Shown one piece after another: positions 11,253-23,698 of a stretch of DNA of 64,000 bases. The position numbers were made by a program, and so were the translations under genes. Within the stretch, counting starts at the first letter, position 1, and each line of letters opens with the position of its first letter. Origin of the DNA: Auanema rhodensis (lineage: Eukaryota > Animalia > Nematoda); NCBI GenBank assembly GCA_964057225.1, contig OZ059896.1, positions 18,724,001-18,788,000 of the forward strand, read 5' to 3'. Below the pieces are notes generated by a model, which was not told the origin of the DNA, made no database searches, and saw only the letters and a program-made list of their open reading frames with translations.

Positions 11253-11325
11253 GGCCTTGTGGTCTAATGGATAAGGCGTCGGACTTCGGATCCGAAGATT
11301 TTAGGTTCGAGTCCTGCCAGGGTCG
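11253..11325 (+). tRNA. tRNA-Arg(TCG) E
   Basis: Class E. Confidence 0.8.
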
Positions 11326-11629
11326 TTATTTTTTGTTTTAAAAAAATCATTACCTGATAGTTTACATTTTTTATTCTGTATTATCTCATACAATTGAAAA
11401 AAATACTAGCAGTAAAACAAATGCAGTAATAATATTCTCGAAAATGTTCCTATTCAGAGTGAGAAAGTATCAAAAATTTCCCGAAGGTTTTCTCATAAGG
11501 TACTAAAAGAAAAGTATTATTTCATATTATTTTTTTTTCAGACCTAGAATCGATAAAAAAAATCAACTACATTTTAGTGAGTTACTAGGTTGGGTTATAC
11601 AAATTGTCTAATTAGAATGCGATTTAGAT

Positions 11630-11702
11630 GGCCTTGTGGTCTAATGGATAAGGCGTCGGACTTCGGATCCGAAGATTTTAGGTTCGAGTCCTGCCAGGGT
11701 CG
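11630..11702 (+). tRNA. tRNA-Arg(TCG) E
   Basis: Class E. Confidence 0.8.
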
Positions 11703-12007
11703 TTATTTTTTGTTTTAAAAAAATCATTACCTGATAGTTTACATTTTTTATTCTGTATTATCTCATACAATTGAAAAAAATACTAGCAGTAAAACAAATG
11801 TAGTGATAATATTCTCGAAAATGTTCCTATTCAGAGTGAGAAAGTATCAAAAATTGCCCGAAGGTTTTCTCATAAGGTACTAAAAGAAAAGTATTATTTC
11901 ATATCATTATTTTTTCAGACCTAGAATCGATAAAAAAAAATCAACTACATTTTAGTGAGTTACTAGGTTGGGTTATACAAATTGTCTAATTTGAATGCGA
12001 TTTAAAT

Positions 12008-12080
12008 GGCCTTGTGGCCTAATGGATAAGGCGTCGGACTTCGGATCCGAAGATTTTAGGTTCGAGTCCTGCCAGGGTCG
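12008..12080 (+). tRNA. tRNA-Arg(TCG), class G
   Basis: G49T only. Confidence 0.8.
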
Positions 12081-12384
12081 TTATTTTTTGTTTTAAAAAA
12101 ATCATTACCTGATAGTTTACATTTTTTATTCTGTATTATCTCATACAATTGAAAAAAATACTAGCAGTAAAACAAATGCAGTGATAATATTCTCGAAAAT
12201 GTTCCTATTCAGAGTGAGAAAGTATCAAAAATTGCCCGAAGGTTTTCTCATAAGGTACTAAAATAAAAGTATTATTTCATATTATTATTTTTTCAGACCT
12301 AGAATCGATAAAAAAAATTAACTACATTTTAGTGAGTTACTGGGTTGGGTTATACAAATTGTCTAATTAGAATGCGATTTACAT

Positions 12385-12457
12385 GGCCTTGTGGTCTAAT
12401 GGATAAGGCGTCGGACTTCGGATCCGAATGTTGTAGGTTCGAGTCCTGCCAGGGTTG
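12385..12457 (+). tRNA. tRNA-Arg(TCG) B
   Basis: Class B. Confidence 0.8.
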
Positions 12458-12761
12458 TTATTTTTTGTTTCAAAAAAATCATTACCTGATAGTTTACATG
12501 TTTTATGCTGTATTATCTCATACAATTGAAAAAAATACTAGCAGTAAAACAAATGCAGTGATGATATTCTCGAGAATGTTCCTATTCAGAGTGAGAAAAT
12601 ATCAAAAATTTCAAGACGGTTTTCTCATAAGGTACTAAAATAAAAGTATTATTTCATATTATTATTTTTTCAGACCTAGAATCGATAAAAAAAATCAACT
12701 ACATTTTAGTGAGTTACTAGGTTGGGTTATACAAATTGTCTAATTTGAATGCGATTTAAAT

Positions 12762-12834
12762 GGCCTTGTGGCCTAATGGATAAGGCGTCGGACTTCGGAT
12801 CCGAAGATTGTAGGTTCGAGTCCTGCCAGGGTCG
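12762..12834 (+). tRNA. tRNA-Arg(TCG) A
   Basis: As 314-386. Confidence 0.95.
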
Positions 12835-13138
12835 TTATTTTTTGTTTCAAAACAATCATTACCTGATAGTTTACATGTTTTATTCTATATTATCTCATAC
12901 AATTGAAAAAAATACTAGCAGTAAAACAAATGCAGTGTTAATATTCTCGAGAATGTTCCTATTCAGAGTGAGAAAATATCGAAAATTTCCCGAAGCTTTT
13001 CTCATAAGGTACTAAAATAAAAGTATTATTTCATATTATTATTTTTTCAGACCTAGAATCGATAAAAAAAATTAACTACATTTTAGTGAGTTACTGGGTT
13101 GGGTTATACAAATTGTCTAATTAGAATGCGATTTAGAT

Positions 13139-13211
13139 GGCCTTGTGGTCTAATGGATAAGGCGTCGGACTTCGGATCCGAAGATTTTAGGTTCGAGTCC
13201 TGTCAGGGTCG
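13139..13211 (+). tRNA. tRNA-Arg(TCG) D
   Basis: Class D. Confidence 0.8.
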
Positions 13212-13515
13212 TTATTTTTTGTTTTAAAAAAATCATTACCTGATAGTTTACATTTTTTATTCTGTATTATCTCATACAATTGAAAAAAATACTAGCAGTA
13301 AAACAAATGCAGTGTTAATATTCTCGAGAATGTTCCTATTCAGAGTGAGAAAATATCGAAAATTTCCCGAAGGTTTTCTCATAAGGTACTAAAATAAAAG
13401 TATTATTTCATATTATTATTTTTTCAGACCTAGAATCGATAAAAAAAATTAACTACATTTTAGTGAGTTACTGGGTTGGGTTATACAAATTGTCTAATTA
13501 GAATGCGATTTACAT

Positions 13516-13588
13516 GGCCTTGTGGTCTAATGGATAAGGCGTCGGACTTCGGATCCGAATGTTGTAGGTTCGAGTCCTGCCAGGGTTG
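13516..13588 (+). tRNA. tRNA-Arg(TCG) B
   Basis: Class B. Confidence 0.8.
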
Positions 13589-13892
13589 TTATTTTTTGTT
13601 TCAAAAAAATCATTACCTGATAGTTTACATGTTTTATGCTGTATTATCTCATACAATTGAAAAAAATACTAGCAGTAAAACAAATGCAGTGATGATATTC
13701 TCGAGAATGTTCCTATTCAGAGTGAGAAAATATCAAAAATTTCAAGACGGTTTTCTCATAAGGTACTAAAATAAAAGTATTATTTCATATTATTATTTTT
13801 TCAGACCTAGAATCGATAAAAAAAATCAACTACATTTTAGTGAGTTACTAGGTTGGGTTATACAAATTGTCTAATTTGAATGCGATTTAAAT

Positions 13893-13965
13893 GGCCTTGT
13901 GGCCTAATGGATAAGGCGTCGGACTTCGGATCCGAAGATTGTAGGTTCGAGTCCTGCCAGGGTCG
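13893..13965 (+). tRNA. tRNA-Arg(TCG) A
   Basis: As 314-386. Confidence 0.95.
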
Positions 13966-14269
13966 TTATTTTTTGTTTCAAAACAATCATTACCTGATAG
14001 TTTACATGTTTTATTCTATATTATCTCATACAATTGAAAAAAATACTAGCAGTAAAACAAATGCAGTGTTAATATTCTCGAGAATGTTCCTATTCAGAGT
14101 GAGAAAATATCGAAAATTTCCCGAAGCTTTTCTCATAAGGTACTAAAATAAAAGTATTATTTCATATTATTATTTTTTCAGACCTAGAATCGATAAAAAA
14201 AATTAACTACATTTTAGTGAGTTACTGGGTTGGGTTATACAAATTGTCTAATTAGAATGCGATTTACAT

Positions 14270-14342
14270 GGCCTTGTGGCCTAATGGATAAGGCGTCGGA
14301 CTTCGGATCCGAAGATTTTAGGTTCGAGTCCTGTCAGGGTCG
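14270..14342 (+). tRNA. tRNA-Arg(TCG) C
   Basis: Class C. Confidence 0.8.
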
Positions 14343-14647
14343 TTATTTTTTGTTTTAAAAAAATCATTACCTGATAGTTTACATTTTTTATTCTGTATTA
14401 TCTCATACAATTGAAAAAAATACTAGCAGTAAAACAAATGCAGTGATAATATTCTCGAAAATGTTCCTATTCAGAGTGAGAAAGTATCAAAAATTGCCCG
14501 AAGGTTTTCTCATAAGGTACTAAAAGAAAAGTATTATTTCATATTATTATTTTTTCAGACCTAGAATCGATAAAAAAAAATCAACTACATTTTAGTGAGT
14601 TACTAGGTTGGGTTATACAAATTGCCTAATTTGAATGCGATTTAAAT

Positions 14648-14720
14648 GGCCTTGTGGCCTAATGGATAAGGCGTCGGACTTCGGATCCGAAGATTGTAGG
14701 TTCGAGTCCTGCCAGGGTCG
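14648..14720 (+). tRNA. tRNA-Arg(TCG) A
   Basis: As 314-386. Confidence 0.95.
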
Positions 14721-15024
14721 TTATTTTTTGTTTCAAAACAATCATTACCTGATAGTTTACATGTTTTATTCTATATTATCTCATACAATTGAAAAAAATA
14801 CTAGCAGTAAAACAAATGCAGTGTTAATATTCTCGAGAATGTTCCTATTCAGAGTGAGAAAATATCGAAAATTTCCCGAAGGTTTTCTCATAAGGTACTA
14901 AAATAAAAGTATTATTTCATATTATTATTTTTTCAGACCTAGAATCGATAAAAAAAATTAACTACATTTTAGTGAGTTACTGGGTTGGGTTATACAAATT
15001 GTCTAATTAGAATGCGATTTACAT

Positions 15025-15097
15025 GGCCTTGTGGTCTAATGGATAAGGCGTCGGATTTCGGATCCGAATGTTGTAGGTTCGAGTCCTGCCAGGGTTG
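15025..15097 (+). tRNA. tRNA-Arg(TCG) B'
   Basis: Class B plus C32T. Confidence 0.8.
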
Positions 15098-15401
15098 TTA
15101 TTTTTTGTTTCAAAAAAATCGTTACCTGATAGTTTACATGTTTTGTGCTGTATTATCTCATACAATTGAAAAAAATACTAGCAGTAAAACAAATGCAGTG
15201 ATGATATTCTCGAGAATGTTCCTATTCAGAGTGAGAAAATATCAAAAATTTCAAGACGGTTTTCTCATAAGGTACTAAAATAAAAGTATTATTTCATATT
15301 ATTATTTTTTCAGACCTAGAATCGATAAAAAAAATCAACTACATTTTAGTGAGTTACTAGGTTGGGTTATACAAATTGTCTAATTTGAATGCGATTTAAA
15401 T

Positions 15402-15474
15402 GGCCTTGTGGCCTAATGGATAAGGCGTCGGACTTCGGATCCGAAGATTGTAGGTTCGAGTCCTGCCAGGGTCG
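15402..15474 (+). tRNA. tRNA-Arg(TCG) A
   Basis: As 314-386. Confidence 0.95.
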
Positions 15475-15778
15475 TTATTTTTTGTTTCAAAACAATCATT
15501 ACCTGATAGTTTACATGTTTTGTGCTGTATTATCTCATACAATTGAAAAAAATACTAGCAGTAAAACAAATGCAGTGTTAATATTCTCGAGAATGTTCCT
15601 ATTCAGAGTGAGAAAATATCGAAAATTTCCCGAAGCTTTTCTCATAAGGTACTAAAATAAAAGTATTATTTCATATTATTATTTTTTCAGACCTAGAATC
15701 GATAAAAAAAATTAACTACATTTTAGTGAGTTACTGGGTTGGGTTATACAAATTGTCTAATTAGAATGCGATTTACAT

Positions 15779-15851
15779 GGCCTTGTGGCCTAATGGATAA
15801 GGCGTCGGACTTCGGATCCGAAGATTTTAGGTTCGAGTCCTGTCAGGGTCG
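15779..15851 (+). tRNA. tRNA-Arg(TCG) C
   Basis: Class C. Confidence 0.8.
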
Positions 15852-16156
15852 TTATTTTTTGTTTTAAAAAAATCATTACCTGATAGTTTACATTTTTTAT
15901 TCTGTATTATCTCATACAATTGAAAAAAATACTAGCAGTAAAACAAATGCAGTGATAATATTCTCGAAAATGTTCCTATTCAGAGTGAGAAAGTATCAAA
16001 AATTGCCCGAAGGTTTTCTCATAAGGTACTAAAAGAAAAGTATTATTTCATATTATTATTTTTTCAGACCTAGAATCGATAAAAAAAAATCAACTACATT
16101 TTAGTGAGTTACTAGGTTGGGTTATACAAATTGTCTAATTTGAATGCGATTTAAAT

Positions 16157-16229
16157 GGCCTTGTGGCCTAATGGATAAGGCGTCGGACTTCGGATCCGAA
16201 GATTGTAGGTTCGAGTCCTGCCAGGGTCG
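16157..16229 (+). tRNA. tRNA-Arg(TCG) A
   Basis: As 314-386. Confidence 0.95.
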
Positions 16230-16533
16230 TTATTTTTTGTTTCAAAACAATCATTACCTGATAGTTTACATGTTTTATTCTATATTATCTCATACAATTG
16301 AAAAAAATACTAGCAGTAAAACAAATGCAGTGTTAATATTCTCGAGAATGTTCCTATTCAGAGTGAGAAAATATCGAAAATTTCCCGAAGGTTTTCTCAT
16401 AAGGTACTAAAATAAAAGTATTATTTCATATTATTATTTTTTCAGACCTAGAATCGATAAAAAAAATTAACTACATTTTAGTGAGTTACTGGGTTGGGTT
16501 ATACAAATTGTCTAATTAGAATGCGATTTACAT

Positions 16534-16606
16534 GGCCTTGTGGTCTAATGGATAAGGCGTCGGACTTCGGATCCGAATGTTGTAGGTTCGAGTCCTGCCA
16601 GGGTTG
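16534..16606 (+). tRNA. tRNA-Arg(TCG) B
   Basis: Class B. Confidence 0.8.
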
Positions 16607-16910
16607 TTATTTTTTGTTTCAAAAAAATCATTACCTGATAGTTTACATGTTTTATGCTGTATTATCTCATACAATTGAAAAAAATACTAGCAGTAAAACA
16701 AATGCAGTGATGATATTCTCGAGAATGTTCCTATTCAGAGTGAGAAAATATCAAAAATTTCAAGACGGTTTTCTCATAAGGTACTAAAATAAAAGTATTA
16801 TTTCATATTATTATTTTTTCAGACCTAGAATCGATAAAAAAAATCAACTACATTTTATTGAGTTACTAGGTTGGGTTATACAAATTGTCTAATTTGAATG
16901 CGATTTAAAT

Positions 16911-16983
16911 GGCCTTGTGGCCTAATGGATAAGGCGTCGGACTTCGGATCCGAAGATTGTAGGTTCGAGTCCTGCCAGGGTCG
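16911..16983 (+). tRNA. tRNA-Arg(TCG) A
   Basis: As 314-386. Confidence 0.95.
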
Positions 16984-17287
16984 TTATTTTTTGTTTCAAA
17001 AAAATCATTACCTGATAGTTTACATGTTTTATTCTGTATTATCTCATACAATTAAAAAAATACTAGCAGTAAAACAAATGCAGTGATAATATTCTCGAAA
17101 ATGTTCCTATTCAGAGTGAGAAAGTATCAAAAATTTCCCGAAGGTTTTCTCATAAGCTACTAAAAGAAAAGTATTATTTCATATTATTATTTTTTCAGAC
17201 CTAGAATCGATAAAAAAAAATCAACTACATTTTAGTGAGTTACTAGGTTGGGTTATACAAATTGTCTAATTTGAATGCGATTTAAAT

Positions 17288-17360
17288 GGCCTTGTGGCCT
17301 AATGGATAAGGCGTCGGACTTCGGATCCGAAGATTGTAGGTTCGAGTCCTGCCAGGGTCG
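17288..17360 (+). tRNA. tRNA-Arg(TCG) A
   Basis: As 314-386. Confidence 0.95.
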
Positions 17361-17664
17361 TTATTTTTTGTTTCAAAACAATCATTACCTGATAGTTTAC
17401 ATGTTTTATTCTATATTATCTCATACAATTGAAAAAAATACTAGCAGTAAAACAAATGCAGTGTTAATATTCTCGAGAATGTTCCTATTCAGAGTGAGAA
17501 AATATCGAAAATTTCCCGAAGGTTTTCTCATAAGGTACTAAAATAAAAGTATTATTTCATATTATTATTTTTTCAGACCTAGAATCGATAAAAAAAATTA
17601 ACTACATTTTAGTGAGTTACTGGGTTGGGTTATACAAATTGTCTAATTAGAATGCGATTTACAT

Positions 17665-17737
17665 GGCCTTGTGGTCTAATGGATAAGGCGTCGGACTTCG
17701 GATCCGAATGTTGTAGGTTCGAGTCCTGCCAGGGTTG
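17665..17737 (+). tRNA. tRNA-Arg(TCG) B
   Basis: Class B. Confidence 0.8.
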
Positions 17738-18041
17738 TTATTTTTTGTTTCAAAAAAATCATTACCTGATAGTTTACATGTTTTATGCTGTATTATCTCA
17801 TACAATTGAAAAAAATACTAGCAGTAAAACAAATGCAGTGATGATATTCTCGAGAATGTTCCTATTCAGAGTGAGAAAATATCAAAAATTTCAAGACGGT
17901 TTTCTCATAAGGTACTAAAATAAAAGTATTATTTCATATTATTATTTTTTCAGACCTAGAATCGATAAAAAAAATCAACTACATTTTATTGAGTTACTAG
18001 GTTGGGTTATACAAATTGTCTAATTTGAATGCGATTTAAAT

Positions 18042-18114
18042 GGCCTTGTGGCCTAATTGATAAGGCGTCGGACTTCGGATCCGAAGATTGTAGGTTCGAG
18101 TCCTGCCAGGGTCG
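18042..18114 (+). pseudogene. tRNA-Arg(TCG) A with G18T, probable pseudogene
   Basis: CCTAATTGATA: invariant D-loop/A-box G18 lost at 18058. Confidence 0.6.
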
Positions 18115-18418
18115 TTATTTTTTGTTTCAAAAAAATCATTACCTGATAGTTTACATGTTTTATTCTGTATTATCTCATACAATTAAAAAAATACTAGCAG
18201 TAAAACAAATGCAGTGATAATATTCTCGAAAATGTTCCTATTCAGAGTGAGAAAGTATCAAAAATTTCCCGAAGGTTTTCTCATAAGCTACTAAAAGAAA
18301 AGTATTATTTCATATTATTATTTTTTCAGACCTAGAATCGATAAAAAAAAATCAACTACATTTTAGTGAGTTACTGGGTTGGGGTATACAAATTGTCTAA
18401 TTTGAATGCGATTTAAAT

Positions 18419-18491
18419 GGCCTTGTGGCCTAATGGATAAGGCGTCGGACTTCGGATCCGAAGATTGTAGGTTCGAGTCCTGCCAGGGTCG
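18419..18491 (+). tRNA. tRNA-Arg(TCG) A
   Basis: As 314-386. Confidence 0.95.
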
Positions 18492-18795
18492 TTATTTTTT
18501 GTTTTAAAAAAATCATTACCTGATAGTTTACATTTTTTATTCTGTATTATCTCATACAATTGAAAAAAATACTAGCAGTAAAACAAATGCAGTGATAATA
18601 TTCTCGAAAATGTTCCTATTCAGAGTGAGAAAGTATCAAAAATTGCCCGAAGGTTTTCTCATAAGGTACTAAAATAAAAGTATTATTTCATATTATTATT
18701 TTTTCAGACCTAGAATCGATAAAAAAAATTAACTACATTTTAGTGAGTTACTGGGTTGGGTTATACAAATTGTCTAATTAGAATGCGATTTACAT

Positions 18796-18868
18796 GGCCT
18801 TGTGGTCTAATGGATAAGGCGTCGGACTTCGGATCCGAATGTTGTAGGTTCGAGTCCTGCCAGGGTTG
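18796..18868 (+). tRNA. tRNA-Arg(TCG) B
   Basis: Class B. Confidence 0.8.
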
Positions 18869-19172
18869 TTATTTTTTGTTTCAAAAAAATCATTACCTGA
18901 TAGTTTACATGCTTTATGCTGTATTATCTCATACAATTGAGAAAAATACTAGCAGTAAAACAAATGCAGTGATGATATTCTCGAGAATGTTCCTATTCAG
19001 AGTGAGAAAATATCAAAAATTTCAAGACGGTTTTCTCATAAGGTACTAAAATAAAAGTATTATTTCATATTATTATTTTTTCAGACCTAGAATCGATAAA
19101 AAAAATCAACTACATTTTAGTGAGTTACTAGGTTGGGTTATACAAATTGTCTAATTTGAATGCGATTTAAAT

Positions 19173-19245
19173 GGCCTTGTGGCCTAATGGATAAGGCGTC
19201 GGACTTCGGATCCGAAGATTGTAGGTTCGAGTCCTGCCAGGGTCG
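19173..19245 (+). tRNA. tRNA-Arg(TCG) A
   Basis: As 314-386. Confidence 0.95.
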
Positions 19246-19549
19246 TTATTTTTTGTTTCAAAACAATCATTACCTGATAGTTTACATGTTTTATTCTATA
19301 TTATCTCATACAATTGAAAAAAATACTAGCAGTAAAACAAATGCAGTGTTAATATTCTCGAGAATGTTCCTATTCAGAGTGAGAAAATATCGAAAATTTC
19401 CCGAAGCTTTTCTCATAAGGTACTAAAATAAAAGTATTATTTCATATTATTATTTTTTCAGACCTAGAATCGATAAAAAAAATTAACTACATTTTAGTGA
19501 GTTACTGGGTTGGGTTATACAAATTGTCTAATTAGAATGCGATTTAGAT

Positions 19550-19622
19550 GGCCTTGTGGTCTAATGGATAAGGCGTCGGACTTCGGATCCGAAGATTTTA
19601 GGTTCGAGTCCTGTCAGGGTCG
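19550..19622 (+). tRNA. tRNA-Arg(TCG) D
   Basis: Class D. Confidence 0.8.
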
Positions 19623-19926
19623 TTATTTTTTGTTTTAAAAAAATCATTACCTGATAGTTTACATTTTTTATTCTGTATTATCTCATACAATTGAAAAAAA
19701 TACTAGCAGTAAAACAAATGCAGTGTTAATATTCTCGAGAATGTTCCTATTCAGAGTGAGAAAATATCGAAAATTTCCCGAAGGTTTTCTCATAAGGTAC
19801 TAAAATAAAAGTATTATTTCATATTATTATTTTTTCAGACCTAGAATCGATAAAAAAAATTAACTACATTTTAGTGAGTTACTGGGTTGGGTTATACAAA
19901 TTGTCTAATTAGAATGCGATTTACAT

Positions 19927-19999
19927 GGCCTTGTGGTCTAATGGATAAGGCGTCGGACTTCGGATCCGAATGTTGTAGGTTCGAGTCCTGCCAGGGTTG
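19927..19999 (+). tRNA. tRNA-Arg(TCG) B
   Basis: Class B. Confidence 0.8.
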
Positions 20000-20303
20000 T
20001 TATTTTTTGTTTCAAAAAAATCATTACCTGATAGTTTACATGTTTTATGCTGTATTATCTCATACAATTGAAAAAAATACTAGCAGTAAAACAAATGCAG
20101 TGATGATATTCTCGAGAATGTTCCTATTCAGAGTGAGAAAATATCAAAAATTTCAAGACGGTTTTCTCATAAGGTACTAAAATAAAAGTATTATTTCATA
20201 TTATTATTTTTTCAGACCTAGAATCGATAAAAAAAATTAACTACATTTTAGTGAGTTACTGGGTTGGGTTATACAAATTGTCTAATTAGAATGCGATTTA
20301 CAT

Positions 20304-20376
20304 GGCCTTGTGGCCTAATGGATAAGGCGTCGGACTTCGGATCCGAAGATTTTAGGTTCGAGTCCTGCCAGGGTCG
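20304..20376 (+). tRNA. tRNA-Arg(TCG) G
   Basis: G49T only. Confidence 0.8.
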
Positions 20377-20680
20377 TTATTTTTTGTTTCAAAACAATCA
20401 TTACCTGATAGTTTACATGTTTTATTCTATATTATCTCATACAATTGAAAAGAATACTAGCAGTAAAACAAATGCAGTGTTAATATTCTCGAAAATGTTC
20501 CTATTCAAAGTGAGAAAGTATCAAAAATTTCCCGAAGGTTTTCTCATAAGGTACTAAAATAAAAGTATTATTTCATATTATTATTTTTTCAGACCTAGAA
20601 TCGATATAAAAAATTAACTACATTTTAGTGAGTTACTGGGTTGGGTTATACAAATTGTCTAATTAGAATGCGATTTACAT

Positions 20681-20753
20681 GGCCTTGTGGCCTAATGGAT
20701 AAGGCGTCGGACTTCGGATCCGAAGATTGTAGGTTCGAGTCCTGCCAGGGTCG
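20681..20753 (+). tRNA. tRNA-Arg(TCG) A
   Basis: As 314-386. Confidence 0.95.
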
Positions 20754-21058
20754 TTATTTTTTGTTTCAAAACAATCATTACCTGATAGTTTACATGTTTT
20801 ATTCTATATTATCTCATACAATTGAAAAGAATACTAGCAGTAAAACAAATGCAGTGTTAATATTCTCGAAAATGTTCCTATTCAAAGTGAGAAAGTATCA
20901 AAAATTTCCCGAAGGTTTTCTCATAAGGTACTAAAAGAAAAGTATTATTTCATATTATTATTTTTTCAGACCTAGAATCGATAAAAAAAAATCAACTACA
21001 TTTTAGTGAGTTACTAGGTTGGGTTATACAAATTGTCTAATTAGAATGCGATTTAGAT

Positions 21059-21131
21059 GGCCTTGTGGTCTAATGGATAAGGCGTCGGACTTCGGATCCG
21101 AAGATTTTAGGTTCGAGTCCTGCCAGGGTCG
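21059..21131 (+). tRNA. tRNA-Arg(TCG) E
   Basis: Class E. Confidence 0.8.
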
Positions 21132-21435
21132 TTATTTTTTGTTTTAAAAAAATCATTACCTGATAGTTTACATTTTTTATTCTGTATTATCTCATACAAT
21201 TGAAAAAAATACTAGCAGTAAAACAAATGCAGTAATAATATTCTCGAAAATGTTCCTATTCAGAATGAGAAAGTATCAAAAATTTCCCGAAGGTTTTCTC
21301 ATAAGGTACTAAAAGAAAAGTATTATTTCATATTATTATTTTTTCAGACCTAGAATCGATAAAAAAAATCAACTACATTTTAGTGAGTTACTAGGTTGGG
21401 TTATACAAATTGTCTAATTTGAATGCGATTTAAAT

Positions 21436-21508
21436 GGCCTTGTGGCCTAATGGATAAGGCGTCGGACTTCGGATCCGAAGATTGTAGGTTCGAGTCCTGC
21501 CAGGGTCG
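21436..21508 (+). tRNA. tRNA-Arg(TCG) A
   Basis: As 314-386. Confidence 0.95.
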
Positions 21509-21812
21509 TTATTTTTTGTTTCAAAACAATCATTACCTGATAGTTTACATGTTTTATTCTATATTATCTCATACAATTGAAAAAAATACTAGCAGTAAAA
21601 CAAATGCAGTGTTAATATTCTCGAGAATGTTCCTATTCAGAGTGAGAAAATATCGAAAATTTCCCGAAGCTTTTCTCATAAGGTACTAAAATAAAAGTAT
21701 TATTTCATATTATTATTTTTTCAGACCTAGAATCGATAAAAAAAATTAACTACATTTTAGTGAGTTACTGGGTTGGGTTATACAAATTGTCTAATTAGAA
21801 TGCGATTTACAT

Positions 21813-21885
21813 GGCCTTGTGGCCTAATGGATAAGGCGTCGGACTTCGGATCCGAAGATTTTAGGTTCGAGTCCTGTCAGGGTCG
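21813..21885 (+). tRNA. tRNA-Arg(TCG) C
   Basis: Class C. Confidence 0.8.
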
Positions 21886-22189
21886 TTATTTTTTGTTTTA
21901 AAAAAATCATTACCTGATAGTTTACATTTTTTATTCTGTATTATCTCATACAATTGAAAAAAATACTAGCAGTAAAACAAATGCAGTGATAATATTCTCG
22001 AAAATGTTCCTATTCAGAGTGAGAAAGTATCAAAAATTGCCCGAAGGTTTTCTCATAAGGTACTAAAAGAAAAGTATTATTTCATATTATTATTTTTTCA
22101 GACCTAGAATCGATAAAAAAAATTAACTACATTTTAGTGAGTTACTGGGTTGGGTTATACAAATTGTCTAATTAGAATGCGATTTACAT

Positions 22190-22262
22190 GGCCTTGTGGT
22201 CTAATGGATAAGGCGTCGGACTTCGGATCCGAATGTTGTAGGTTCGAGTCCTGCCAGGGTTG
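22190..22262 (+). tRNA. tRNA-Arg(TCG) B
   Basis: Class B. Confidence 0.8.
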
Positions 22263-22566
22263 TTATTTTTTGTTTCAAAAAAATCATTACCTGATAGTTT
22301 ACATGTTTTATGCTGTATTATCTCATACAATTGAAAAAAATACTAGCAGTAAAACAAATGCAGTGATGATATTCTCGAGAATGTTCCTATTCAGAGTGAG
22401 AAAATATCAAAAATTTCAAGACGGTTTTCTCATAAGGTACTAAAATAAAAGTATTATTTCATATTATTATTTTTTCAGACCTAGAATCGATAAAAAAAAT
22501 CAACTACATTTTAGTGAGTTACTAGGTTGGGTTATACAAATTGTCTAATTTGAATGCGATTTAAAT

Positions 22567-22639
22567 GGCCTTGTGGCCTAATGGATAAGGCGTCGGATTT
22601 CGGATCCGAAGATTGTAGGTTCGAGTCCTGCCAGGGTCG
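22567..22639 (+). tRNA. tRNA-Arg(TCG) A with C32T
   Basis: Anticodon loop TT-TCG-GA. Confidence 0.9.
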
Positions 22640-22943
22640 TTATTTTTTGTTTCAAAACAATCATTACCTGATAGTTTACATGTTTTATTCTATATTATCT
22701 CATACAATTGAAAAAAATACTAGCAGTAAAACAAATGCAGTGTTAATATTCTCGAGAATGTTCCTAATCAGAGTGAGAAAATATCGAAAATTTCCCGAAG
22801 GTTTTCTCATAAGGTACTAAAATAAAAGTATTATTTCATATTATTATTTTTTCAGACCTAGAATCGATAAAAAAAATTAACTACATTTTAGTGAGTTACT
22901 GGGTTGGGTTATACAAATTGTCTAATTAGAATGCGATTTACAT

Positions 22944-23016
22944 GGCCTTGTGGCCTAATGGATAAGGCGTCGGACTTCGGATCCGAAGATTGTAGGTTCG
23001 AGTCCTGCCAGGGTCG
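22944..23016 (+). tRNA. tRNA-Arg(TCG) A
   Basis: As 314-386. Confidence 0.95.
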
Positions 23017-23320
23017 TTATTTTTTGTTTCAAAACAATCATTACCTGATAGTTTACATGTTTTATTCTATATTATCTCATACAATTAAAAAGAATACTAG
23101 CAGTAAAACAAATGCAGTGTTAATATTCTCGAAAATGTTCCTATTCAAAGTGAGAAAGTATCAAAAATTTCCCGAAGGTTTTCTCATAAGGTACTAAAAT
23201 AAAAGTATTATTTCATATTATTATTTTTTCAGACCTAGAATCGATATAAAAAATTAACTACATTTTAGTGAGTTACTGGGTTGGGTTATACAAATTGTCT
23301 AATTAGAATGCGATTTACAT

Positions 23321-23393
23321 GGCCTTGTGGCCTAATGGATAAGGCGTCGGACTTCGGATCCGAAGATTGTAGGTTCGAGTCCTGCCAGGGTCG
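23321..23393 (+). tRNA. tRNA-Arg(TCG) A
   Basis: As 314-386. Confidence 0.95.
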
Positions 23394-23698
23394 TTATTTT
23401 TTGTTTCAAAACAATCATTACCTGATAGTTTACATGTTTTATTCTATATTATCTCATACAATTGAAAAGAATACTAGCAGTAAAACAAATGCAGTGTTAA
23501 TATTCTCGAAAATGTTCCTATTCAAAGTGAGAAAGTATCAAAAATTTCCCGAAGGTTTTCTCATAAGGTACTAAAAGAAAAGTATTATTTCATATTATTA
23601 TTTTTTCAGACCTAGAATCGATAAAAAAAAATCAACTACATTTTAGTGAGTTACTAGGTTGGGTTATACAAATTGTCTAATTAGAATGCGATTTAGAT

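Larger units (their letters stand above)
6337..11616 (+). repeat. 7-mer higher-order repeat A1-C-B-A2*-F-F-E (2640 bp), two adjacent copies; recurs at 21423 and 24441
   Basis: Offsets 6337->8977, 7468->10108 and 7818->10458 are all 2640. Shared private SNPs: CCTAATCAG, AAAGAATAC, ATTCAAAG, GATATAAA. Confidence 0.9.
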
